Assembly (NCBI GenBank): GCA_963842525.1
Contig: CAWJGT010000009.1
Location: forward strand, 1,760,001-1,824,000
DNA from: an uncultured Holophagales bacterium
Lineage (GTDB): Bacteria > Acidobacteriota > Thermoanaerobaculia > Multivoradales > UBA5704
Reading direction: 5' to 3'
DNA length: 64,000 nt
In this document: piece by piece, positions 41,530-50,607 of the stretch
Layout: each line of letters starts with the position of its first letter
Position numbering within the stretch: the stretch's first letter is position 1
Translations under genes and position numbers: made by a program
The notes under the pieces: model-generated
The model's input: only the letters and a program-made list of their open reading frames with translations
What the model was told of the DNA's origin: nothing
Databases searched by the model: none

Positions 41530-43389
41530 ATGAAATCCACACTTACTGTCCTTGTTGTCCTTGCCGTCCTTTTCGTCCTTCCACCCGCGGCCACCGCAGC
41601 GCCTGCGGAGACCGACTACGCCGCCGCCTTCGAGAAATTCGCCTCCGAGCGCGGAGACGGCAGCGAGAGCGAGCGCCTGAAGAAGCTCTTTGATCTCGAC
41701 TGGGCCTACTCCCTCCAGGAGTCCAAGGAGATGGGGGTCTATCTCGGGCTGCCGGGCCGCTACCCCGACTGGTCGGACACCTCGTTCGCCGCCCAGGAGA
41801 AAGGCGAGGAGATCACCCGCAAGCTCCTCAAGGCGATCCGTTCGATCGACCGCTCGCAGCTCACCCCCTCCGAGCAGGTCCTCTACGACCTCTACCGCCG
41901 CCGCCTGCAGCGGTCGATCGAAGGCCTCCCGTTCCCCGCCGAATACATGATGGTCAACCAGATGGGCGGCCCGCAGCAGTGGATCCCCCAATTCCTTGCC
42001 ATCATGCCGGCGCGGACCGTCGAGCAGTACGAGGACATCGTCGCCCGGCTGCGCGGCCTGCCGCGGGTCATCGACGACACTATCGCGCTACCTCCAAAAG
42101 GGGCTCGAAATGGGCGTGACGCCGCCGCGCGTGACCCTGCGCGACGTGCCCGACCAGGTGAAAAACCTGATCGTCGACGATCCGCTGAAGAGCCCGATGC
42201 TCACCGCCTTCACCAAGCTCCCGGACAACATCGGCCCGGACGAGCGGGAGCGGCTGACCCGCGAGGCCGTGCGCGCCTACGACGAGCAGGCCGCACCGGC
42301 CTTCCGCAAGCTCCACCGCTTCCTGACCGAGACCTATATCCCGGGCGCCCGCGAGTCGATCGCCATGAGCGACCTGCCGGACGGCAAGGCCTGGTACGCC
42401 TTCAACGTGCGCGGGGAGCACCACCACCGACCTGACGCCGGAGCAGATCCACCAGATCGGCCTCTCCGAGGTGAAGCGCATCCGCGCGGAGATGGACAAG
42501 GTCATCGCCAGCACCGGCTTCAAGGGGAGCTTCGAGGAGTTCCTCACCTTCCTGCGCACCGATCCGCGGTTCTACTTCGACAAGCCGGAGGACCTCGCTC
42601 ACCGCCTACCGCGACATCGCCAAGCGGGTGGACCCGCAGCTCGTCAAGCTTTTCGGCCGGCTGCCGCGGCTGCCCTACGGCGTCGAGCCGGTCCCGTCCT
42701 ACGCCGAGAAGTCGCAGACCACCGCCTACTACGAGGACGGCAACTTCGCCGCGGGCCGGCCGGGGACTCTACCGGTCAACACCTACGACCTCAAGTCGCG
42801 GCCGAAGTGGGAGATGGAGGCCCTGACCCTGCACGAAGCCGTGCCGGGGCACCACCTCCAGATCTCCCTCGCCCAGGAGATCGAAGGCGTGCCTGAGTGG
42901 CGCAAGTACGACGGCTACGGCGTCTTCGTCGAGGGCTGGGCGCTCTACGCCGAGAGCCTGGGCGACGAGATGGGCTTCTACCAGGACCCCTATGCCAAGT
43001 TCGGCCAGCTCACCTACGAGATCTGGCGCGCCATCCGCCTGGTGGTCGACACCGGCATGCACACCATGGGCTGGACCCGCGAGCAGGCGATCGACTACTT
43101 CAGGGAAAACGCCGGCAAGACCGACCACGACATCATCGTCGAGGTCGACCGCTACATCGTCTGGCCCGGCCAGGCCCTCTCCTACAAGATCGGCGAGCTG
43201 AAGATCCAGGAGCTGCGAGCCCTGGCCGAGAAGGAGCTGGGCCCGAAGTTCGACCTGCGCGCCTTCCACGATGCGGTGCTGTTGAACGGCGCGCTGCCGC
43301 TCGACCTGCTGGAGAAGAACGTCAAGACCTGGCTCGCCGACAAGAAAGCGGAGATCGCGAAGGAGAAGGACGAGCGGGTGGGGTCGTAG
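41530..43389 (+). CDS. DUF885 family protein (three frameshifts)
   Basis: HEAVPGHHLQ, FVEGWALYAE, RLVVDTGMH, PGQALSYKIG. Confidence 0.88.
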
Positions 43390-43394
43390 GCGGG

Positions 43395-43979
43395 ATGCGG
43401 ATCGGGCCCGTACGTCTCGAAGGCAGGATCATTCGCCTGGAGCCGCTCTCCCTGGAGCACGCTCCGGGGCTCTACCCGCACGCGGACCCTGAGGTCTTCC
43501 GGTGGACGCTGGAGTTCCCGCGCGACGAAAGCTTCGAGGCTTTCGCGGACTGGCTGCGCAGCACCACGATCGAGGCGCCCGCTTCCCTCCCCTTCGCGAT
43601 CGTCCTTGCGGCCACCGGAGAGTCGATCGGCTCGACCAGCTTCCTGGAGATCCGGCCGCAGCACCATGGGCTGGAGATCGGCCGCACCTGGATCGGCAAG
43701 GCCTTCCAGGGCACGGCGGTCAACCCCGAGAGCAAGTACCTCCTCCTGCGCCACGCCTTCGAGACCCTGGGCGCCGCGCGGGTCCAGTTCAAAACCGACC
43801 TCAACAACCTCCACAGCCAGCGGGCCATCGAAAAGCTCGGCGCCCAGCGCGAGGGCGTGCTCCGCCGCTACCAGGTGCGCTCCAACGGCCTGCACCGCGA
43901 CACGGTCATGTACAGCCTGATCGCCGAAGAATGGCCCGAGGTCAAGGAGCGGCTGGAGGCTCGGCTGGCGGCACACTGA
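43395..43979 (+). CDS. GNAT N-acetyltransferase (RimJ/RimL-like)
   Basis: LEIGRTW, VQFKTD..N..SQRAIEKLG..EG. Confidence 0.9.
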   Translation: MRIGPVRLEGRIIRLEPLSLEHAPGLYPHADPEVFRWTLEFPRDESFEAFADWLRSTTIEAPASLPFAIVLAATGESIGSTSFLEIRPQHHGLEIGRTWIGKAFQGTAVNPESKYLLLRHAFETLGAARVQFKTDLNNLHSQRAIEKLGAQREGVLRRYQVRSNGLHRDTVMYSLIAEEWPEVKERLEARLAAH

Positions 43980-45084
43980 AGACGAACGCCTCCAGGAACG
44001 CCTGCGCGAAGGGAGCCTTCTCGACCTCGGCCTTGTCGAGCGGGTTGTCCCACCAGATCCCTTCGCCGTTGGACAGCAGGATCAGCGTCAGCGACTTCGC
44101 CGGGACCTTGAGGTAGAGCGCCGAGAACCCGCGGTCCGGATCCCAGCCGGAGTGCCAGTAGAGCTTTTCGTCCCGATAGTCCTGCACGTACCAGCCGAAG
44201 GCGTAGGGGAGCACGGTTCCGTCCGGCGCCTTGGCCGGTGTGAACAGCTTCTCCATGACGGCTTTGGACGCCAGAGCCCCGCTGTCGAGCGCGATGTCGT
44301 ACCGGGCCAGGTCCTCGACGGTCGAGACGATGCCCGCGCCGCCGGCGAGATGGCGGTCCGGCCGCGGACGCTTGAGGAATTCCCCTTCGGTGCTGATCCC
44401 GAAGCCCTCCGCCACGTCGAAGTAGACCAGGGCCTTGTCGCGTTGCCACTGGCTCGCCATGGTGCGGCGCATGCCGGCAGGTTCCAGGATCCGAGCCTCC
44501 ACGAGCTGCGCCATGGTGTTGTGCCGGCCCTCGACCGTGTCCACCGAGCGGCCGTTCTTGTGCTCGATGTAGCGCGACAGCCGCGAGTAGAGGACGGGGT
44601 TATAGAGGAAGCGGGTCCCCGGTTGTCCGTTGGCTGTATGGTTGAGGATGTTCCGGATCGTGATCGGCGCCGTGCAGCGCAAGTCCTTTCCGAAGGGGAG
44701 GCCGGAGCCGGCGAGCCATTCGCAGAGGTCCATCCATTTCGGGACGTCGTTGATGCTGTCGTCGAGGCTGATCTTGCCATCCGCTTCGAGCTGCAGGAAG
44801 AGGAGGCCGAGGAAGGTTTTGGTCACCGAGGCGATCCAGAAGGGAGTGTCCGGCGTGACCGGCACCTCCCGGTCCGCATCCGCGAACCCGTAGCCCTTGG
44901 ACCAGGCCAGCTTGCGGTCCTTGACGATCGCCGCCGCGAGGCCCGGGAGCTTGTGCTCGCGGCGCAACGCGTCGAGACGGGCCTCGAAGGCCGGTAGGCT
45001 CTTTTCGAACGCCACGGGCTCGGCGCCCGCGGGCAGGACTGACGCCAGGAGGAGCAATGGCAGCAGAACGGAGACGTGTTTCAT
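43942..45084 (-). CDS. Serine hydrolase, beta-lactamase family
   Basis: IASVTK (SxxK), FLYNP, WHSG; signal peptide. Confidence 0.88.
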   Translation of the reverse strand: MKHVSVLLPLLLLASVLPAGAEPVAFEKSLPAFEARLDALRREHKLPGLAAAIVKDRKLAWSKGYGFADADREVPVTPDTPFWIASVTKTFLGLLFLQLEADGKISLDDSINDVPKWMDLCEWLAGSGLPFGKDLRCTAPITIRNILNHTANGQPGTRFLYNPVLYSRLSRYIEHKNGRSVDTVEGRHNTMAQLVEARILEPAGMRRTMASQWQRDKALVYFDVAEGFGISTEGEFLKRPRPDRHLAGGAGIVSTVEDLARYDIALDSGALASKAVMEKLFTPAKAPDGTVLPYAFGWYVQDYRDEKLYWHSGWDPDRGFSALYLKVPAKSLTLILLSNGEGIWWDNPLDKAEVEKAPFAQAFLEAFVFSVPPAEPPAAP

Positions 45085-45118
45085 GAACGCTATTCTAATG
45101 CCGGCCCCGCTCTCGAGC

Positions 45119-45154
45119 AGCCCTCGCCCCGGGTGTCAACCCGGGGTGAGGGCT
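45119..45154. repeat. Isolated intergenic hairpin (REP-like)
   Basis: AGCCCTCGCCCCGGG-TGTCAA-CCCGGGGTGAGGGCT. Confidence 0.6.
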
Positions 45155-45193
45155 CCGATATAGAATCTCCGCCTCTCCGAGTCCGGTGACGCC

Positions 45194-45799
45194 ATGAAAG
45201 CTCCACGCCCGCGCAAGTCTTCCTTCGACGCCTCCTACTACAGGAAGTACTACGAGAACGCGCGCACCCGCGTCGCCGACCCGGCGAGCTGCGCGTCCCT
45301 TGCCGGCTTCGTCTTCGCTTATCTGGAGTACCTGCGCGTGCCGGTCGAGCGGGTGCTGGACATCGGCTGCGGGGTCGGCTTCTGGCGCCAGGAGGTGCTG
45401 CGGCGCTATCCCGCGGCGCAGTACGTCGGCGTCGAGAAGAGCAACTATGCCTGCCGCAAGTACGGCTGGGAGCAGGGGAGCCTCATCGACTACGAGCCGG
45501 CCGAGCCCTTCGACCTGGTCATCTGCCAGGGCGTGTTCCAGTACCTGGACGACGCCGAGGCGCAGGCCGCGATCCGCCGGCTGCCGCGCCTCACCCGGTC
45601 CGCCCTCTACCTCGAGATCCTCACCCACGGCGACTGGGAGCGCAACTGCAACCAGAGCCTCACCGACGGGTCGGTCCACCTGCGCAGCGTCTCCTGGTAC
45701 CGGCGGCGCCTGCGGCGCCGCTTCCTGGAATGCGGCGGCGGCCTGTTTCTCAACAGGAACACGCCGCCTGTACTTTTCGAGCTGGAATACCTCGGGTGA
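45194..45799 (+). CDS. Class I SAM-dependent methyltransferase
   Basis: VLDIGCGVG, FDLVIC. Confidence 0.88.
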   Translation: MKAPRPRKSSFDASYYRKYYENARTRVADPASCASLAGFVFAYLEYLRVPVERVLDIGCGVGFWRQEVLRRYPAAQYVGVEKSNYACRKYGWEQGSLIDYEPAEPFDLVICQGVFQYLDDAEAQAAIRRLPRLTRSALYLEILTHGDWERNCNQSLTDGSVHLRSVSWYRRRLRRRFLECGGGLFLNRNTPPVLFELEYLG

Positions 45800-45803
45800 C
45801 GGC

Positions 45804-45962
45804 TTAGATACCGCAGGCGCGGCAGTCGGACGGGGTCGTCGTGGGGCAGACGCTCTGATCCGACCAGCCTTCAGCGCCTGCGACCTTCCCCAGATCCCGG
45901 CCGCTCAACTGGATGAGCGTTTCTTTCGTCAGCAAGAGCTTTTTCACACTCTTCTTTTGCAT
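45804..45962 (-). CDS. 52-aa RiPP (lanthipeptide-like) precursor peptide, absent from the ORF track
   Basis: Hand translation MQKKSVKKLLLTKETLIQLSGRDLGKVAGA-EGWSDQSVCPTTTPSDCRACGI; purine-rich RBS GAGAGGGG upstream. Confidence 0.75.
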   Translation of the reverse strand: MQKKSVKKLLLTKETLIQLSGRDLGKVAGAEGWSDQSVCPTTTPSDCRACGI

Positions 45963-46244
45963 GACCCCTCTCTCTTTCATGGCCGAATTCGCCTTGTTGG
46001 GGCCGTTTCCCCGGCCCGGTGGTTGCCTACAAGGAGATACGTACCGCAGCCTGATTATGTTTGGATTCCCAACGAATTCATAGCCACATCCGTATAACTC
46101 TCGAGGACTGGCTCCTCATTCGCTGCAGAACAGCCCACCTCCCTCGCCCCCTCTCCCCTGTCTGGGAAGGGGGCCCCTCCTTGGCACGCAAGTTGCCGTC
46201 CTCCAGGGTGGACGCGTTGTGGTCGCCGCGGAAAGGAGGAGCAG

Positions 46245-47168
46245 ATGGATCCGAGCCGAGCCTGGAACCTGGTCGCCCGCAAGCTCGCGGGGTGGGTGCG
46301 GGACTTCATCCTCCTGCTCCCCAATCTGGCTCTGGCTGTGGTCATCCTGGTTGCCTTCTGGGCCGGCGCGCGGCTGGTGCGCAACCTCCTGCTGCGGCTG
46401 CTTCGCCGCATCTCGCACAGCGACGAGGTCAACCGCTTCGTCGCCCAGGCGGTCTACATCGCGATCCTGGGGGGAGGCGTATTCGTCTCCCTGGGCATCC
46501 TGGGGCTCCAGAAGACGGTCGCCTCGCTGCTGGCCGGAGCCGGCATCCTTGGCATCGCCCTGGGCTTCGCCTTCCAGGACATCGCCGCCAACTTCATGGC
46601 CGGCATCTACATGTCGGTCCAACGGCCGTTCCGCCCCGGCGACCTCATCAAGACCAAGGACTTCTTCGGCGTCGTCCAGGAGATCAACCTGCGCTGGACC
46701 GAGATCCTCACCCCGCAGGGCCAGCTCGTCCTCCTCCCCAACAAGGAGGTCTTCGAGAACCCGCTCATGAACTACTCCATCCGGGGTACACGGCGGGTCG
46801 ACCTCTCGGTCGGAGTGTCGTACGGCGACGACCTCGAAAAGGCGCGGCGCGTGGCGATCGAGGCCGTCGAAGCGATCGCGTCCCGCGTCCCGGACCGCGA
46901 CGTCGAGCTCTTCTACGAGGAATTCGGTGACAGCTCCATCAATTTCACCCTCCGCTTCTGGATCCCCTTCCGCAATCAGGCCGACTATCTGGCGGCCCGC
47001 AGCGAAGCCATCGAGCGCCTGAGGACGGCGTTCAACGCCAACGGCATCACCATTCCGTTCCCGACCCGCTCGATCGACTTCAACGTCAAGGGTGGACGGA
47101 CTCTCGACGAGGTCCTGGAGGAAGCCGTGATCGCGCGGGTGGAGGTGGGGGAGCCGTCGCGTCGCTGA
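46245..47168 (+). CDS. mscS: Small-conductance mechanosensitive channel
   Basis: GIALGFAFQD, PFRPGD, LPN, VGVSYGDD, IPFP. Confidence 0.92.
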   Translation: MDPSRAWNLVARKLAGWVRDFILLLPNLALAVVILVAFWAGARLVRNLLLRLLRRISHSDEVNRFVAQAVYIAILGGGVFVSLGILGLQKTVASLLAGAGILGIALGFAFQDIAANFMAGIYMSVQRPFRPGDLIKTKDFFGVVQEINLRWTEILTPQGQLVLLPNKEVFENPLMNYSIRGTRRVDLSVGVSYGDDLEKARRVAIEAVEAIASRVPDRDVELFYEEFGDSSINFTLRFWIPFRNQADYLAARSEAIERLRTAFNANGITIPFPTRSIDFNVKGGRTLDEVLEEAVIARVEVGEPSRR

Positions 47169-47222
47169 AGGTGCCCTGGCCCCCATAGGCGCTAACTTAC
47201 CCACCCCGCCGTGGGCGCCACC

Positions 47223-47387
47223 CACTGTAGAGACGCCCCGTGGGGCGTCTCCGAGGCGGCAAAGACGGACCGAATTGAAAGGCGTTGGATCGAGCGCGGT
47301 GTCGACGGCCGGGTGACCGCGCACCTGCGCTGGTCTCTGGAACGATGGCGCCGCTACGGAGACGCCCCACGGGGCGTCTCTACAGTG
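47223..47387. repeat. GTAG-type REP doublet (family C), perfect 31-bp inverted pair
   Basis: CACTGTAGAGACGCCCCGTGGGGCGTCTCCG / CGGAGACGCCCCACGGGGCGTCTCTACAGTG. Confidence 0.9.
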
Positions 47388-47445
47388 ACCGGCAAGCGCC
47401 GAGGCAACGGTAGGTTAGAGTCTAGCTGCCAGACCGCAGGCCCAG

Positions 47446-47740
47446 CTACGGGACAAGGATTGCCTCTGCCTCGACCAGAGGCTTCGCCCAGGGCTTCAAC
47501 GCCTTCTTCATGACGAGATCCACCCGCCGCCCCAGAAGGTCTTCGAGCAAGAACTTGAGACTCATATAGTCGGTCAGCCCCGGCGTTTCACGAAACTCAA
47601 CCAAGACGTCCTACATCGCTTTCCGGTCCGGCTTCGTCCCGAACCATCGATCCAAAGAGAGCGAGAGAGCAGACGCCAAAGCGCTCCTCCAACTCCTGCC
47701 GGTGTAAGGAGAGAAAGCTGATCACCTCATCGCGTTTCAT
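47446..47740 (-). pseudogene. MNT nucleotidyltransferase (MntA-like), frameshifted; HEPN partner apparently truncated
   Basis: MKRDEV...LFGSMVRDEAGPESDV|DVLVEF...VDLV; overlapping TTG-SRSW start then breaks off. Confidence 0.75.
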
Positions 47741-47825
47741 GACCTGGAGATCTTATCAAGGGTGGAGCACCGGTCGCAGGTGGCGCCCGAGAAGGGCCGG
47801 GGGTAAGGTAAGCTCAGCACAAATT

Positions 47826-48775
47826 GCCGCCTGCTCGCCCATGCCGAGCCCGAGGAGCTGCTGCGCGGCGTCGAAGGCAAGGTCTGGGAGTGGGTGCTCC
47901 CCAGCGCCGAGCTGCCGGCCGCGCGCGAGCGGTGGAAGATCAGCGGCACCCTCCGCCGGGCCGACGGGGTCCACGCCCGGGTGGTCTCGGCCGTGCCACC
48001 GTCGCCGGCCGCTACACCGCTCCCGCCGAGCCTGGAGGACGCCTACCTGGACGTGCTCGAGGGGCACCGCGAAGGCCGCCCGATGCAGCCGATGGAGAAG
48101 ACGGAGAAGGTGGCATGAGCCGGGCGCGCGTTCTCTGGCATCTCCTGCGCGCCGACTTCCTCGAGCGTGTGCGGCGCTACAGCTTCCTCTTCACCCTGGC
48201 GCTCGCCGCGTGGCTCGGCTGGCTGGTCGCCACCGGCACGATCGGGCTGTGGATCGGCGACGCCCGCGGCGTCTACAACTCGGCCTGGATCGGCACCGCG
48301 CCATGCAGTCGCCCAACATCCCGGACTTCGTCGGGATCGGGCCGGTCAACAAGGCTTTGCAGCAGGTGGTCGATGCGGCCTTCGGCAAGGCCGACCGCGG
48401 CTTCACCCTCGGCGGGATCAAGATCGACAAGCCGAGGACCTTCCATTGGGATGGGATGGACTGGACGGGAGACGTCCTCTTCGGCCGGCTGTTCTGGGTG
48501 GCGGTCGCCTTCGGCGTGTCCCTCCTTGCCGCCCTCTTCTTCGACCGCTTCGATCCGGCGCGCCACCGGCTCCGCCCCGAGCGGCGACGCAAGACCGCGG
48601 CGGCCGTCGAGCCGGTGGACGCTTCCGGACCCAAGGAGGCGCTGCCGGCCGTTCACCTGACCCCGCTGCCCGCGGGAGCCTTCCGGTTGGGATGCCGCTG
48701 GTCTATCTGGGAGTCACCGCGCTGCTGGCCGCCGCAGCGGTGGCCGGGCGGCGGCGGCAGATCCTGGCCGGCTAG
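47826..48775 (+). pseudogene. Remnant of an ABC transporter: ATPase C-terminus plus internally deleted permease
   Basis: GRLLAH...PSLEDAYL fragment without a Walker A; MSRARVLWHLLRADFLERVRR joined abruptly to later segments. Confidence 0.65.
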
Positions 48776-48776
48776 G

Positions 48777-48830
48777 TGAAACACCCCCGTGTTTCGTCAC
48801 GGTTTGACGCGAAACACGGCCGTGTTTATG
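48777..48830. promoter_or_regulatory. Pair of AAACAC-N5-GTGTTT inverted repeats, putative operators
   Basis: GAAACACCCCCGTGTTTC and GAAACACGGCCGTGTTTA upstream of the ATPase. Confidence 0.45.
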
Positions 48831-48854
48831 ATTTCGGCTCTGGAGCGCTGTGCC

Positions 48855-50219
48855 ATGTACCTGCCCCGCAGCATCGACGCAATCTTGCTTGCATGGACCC
48901 AGGAGGTTGACCGCAAGCCTCTCGTGCTTCGCGGTGCACGCCAGACCGGCAAGACCGAGGCGGTGCGCCGACTGGCTGAGCATTTCGAGCTGTTCCTCGA
49001 GCTCAACCTCGAACGCTTCGAAGACCTCTCGCTGGTCCGCTCCTGCCGCTCGGCCGGCGAGCTCCTCACCGCGCTCGCGGCGCGCCACAATGTGGAGCGT
49101 TTCCCGGTCCGCACGTTGCTGTTTCTCGACGAGATCCAGGAAAGCCCTGAAGCGGTGGCCTGGCTGCGCTTTCTGCGCGAGGATCACCCGGACCTGTACG
49201 TCATAGCGGCCGGGTCATTGCTCGAGGTACGCCTTCAGGAGCGGGGATTCTCGTTTCCCGTCGGCCGGGTCACGTTCCGCGTGCTGCGGCCCTTCACCTT
49301 CTTCGAGTTCCTGACGGCGAGCGAGCGAGGAGTGCTCGCTCAGCACCTGGCCGCAGCGGTCAGCGAGGGACGGCCGGTCCCTCCGGCGCTCGACGAGCAG
49401 GCGCGCGAGCTGCTGCGCGACTACTTGCTGGTCGGCGGCATGCCCGAGGCGGTTGCACGCTGGGTCGCCGAGCACAACCCGGCCGCCGTACGTAGCGTCC
49501 ACCGCGACCTTGTCCAGGCGCTTGCCGAAGACCTCCAGCGCTTCGGCAACCTGCGCGAGGCCGGCTATCTCGAGGCGGCCTTCGAGAATCTCCGCCACCA
49601 CTATGGGCTGCGCTTCCGTTACGAAAACTTCGCTCCGGGCTACCGCAGTCAACTGATGAAGAATGCCCTCGGCAAGCTCGAAGCGGCGCTCCTCATCCAT
49701 CGCGCCTTGCCGACGAGCTCCATGGAGCTGCCCTTGCGCGAGAAGCCGCGCTCGGCTGCCAAGCTGCTTCCGCTCGACGTGGGGCTGGCACTCCATACCA
49801 TGGGCTCGGGGTTCGAGACCGTGCGCAGCCTGCCCCTCGGCCAGCTCCTGGACGGGCGCATCGCTGAGGTCTTCGCCGGCCAGCAGTTGCTGGCCGCAGC
49901 CCCTGGTTTTCCGGGCGAGCTCTTCTTCTGGGTCAGCGAGTCGCCGCGCAGCAATGCCGAAGTCGACTACTTGGTGCCGATCGAGGGCCGGCCGGTGCCG
50001 GTCGAGGTCAAGTCGGCGGCGGCCGGCTCGCTCAAGTCCCTCCACCAGTTTCTCTGGCGCGCCGGCCAGTCGACCGGCATCCGCCTCTACGCTGGACCTT
50101 TCGCCGACGAGCGGCTCAAGGTGCAAATGCCCGAAGGCGAGCTCGCTTACCGGCTCCTCTCGCTGCCTGTCTATCTTGCCGAGAAGCTGCCGGCTTTGAA
50201 TCTTCATGCCTCAGGTTGA
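48855..50219 (+). CDS. AAA_14 ATPase with DUF4143 / PD-(D/E)xK C-terminus
   Basis: RGARQTGKT, FLDEIQ, VGGMP, EVDY...PVEVKS. Confidence 0.88.
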   Translation: MYLPRSIDAILLAWTQEVDRKPLVLRGARQTGKTEAVRRLAEHFELFLELNLERFEDLSLVRSCRSAGELLTALAARHNVERFPVRTLLFLDEIQESPEAVAWLRFLREDHPDLYVIAAGSLLEVRLQERGFSFPVGRVTFRVLRPFTFFEFLTASERGVLAQHLAAAVSEGRPVPPALDEQARELLRDYLLVGGMPEAVARWVAEHNPAAVRSVHRDLVQALAEDLQRFGNLREAGYLEAAFENLRHHYGLRFRYENFAPGYRSQLMKNALGKLEAALLIHRALPTSSMELPLREKPRSAAKLLPLDVGLALHTMGSGFETVRSLPLGQLLDGRIAEVFAGQQLLAAAPGFPGELFFWVSESPRSNAEVDYLVPIEGRPVPVEVKSAAAGSLKSLHQFLWRAGQSTGIRLYAGPFADERLKVQMPEGELAYRLLSLPVYLAEKLPALNLHASG

Positions 50220-50359
50220 CGCGAGACGCTACGTCCTCTCTGGGGCGTTGAGACGGCCCGACGACTGTGGACCCGCGGGTTGGATGGTATGGCCGTGACA
50301 TCTCGGTCTACCTGCGCCGCCTGCACGCCGAAGGCCGCCTCCGCCGCCTACGCTGTGGG

Positions 50360-50533
50360 GCTACCGGGCTCGAGGCGCGGCAGATCGTCCTCGACATGCT
50401 CGGCGAGCGCTTCGGAGCGGTTCCCGATCGGGTTCTGCGCCAAGTTGAAGAGATCGAGTCCCTGGATCGCCTGCGCTTCCTCGTGAGAAAGGTGATGAAG
50501 GCACAGTCCCTCGCCGAGATCGGGCTCGGCTGA
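50360..50533 (+). pseudogene. DUF4351-like C-terminal fragment
   Basis: LEARQIVLDMLGERFGAVP...IESLDRL; no plausible N-terminus. Confidence 0.5.
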
Positions 50534-50607
50534 AGTGACTCAAGATCGTTGCGGACGCGGTCATCTCGACTAGAATCACCGCGAAACCCCGTACCCGGGA
50601 GGCCCGC

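Noticed and set aside
47170-47197. Chromosomal dif site (GGTGCCCTGGC-CCCCAT-AGGCGCTAACT)
   Set aside because: Only the outer bases resemble dif; the inner TAA/TTA are missing and the left arm is not shared by the other motif copies
47191-47420. Integron attC site (GCTAAC ... GTTAG)
   Set aside because: Spacing of ~220 bp is too long, no paired L boxes are evident, and there is no intI in the window
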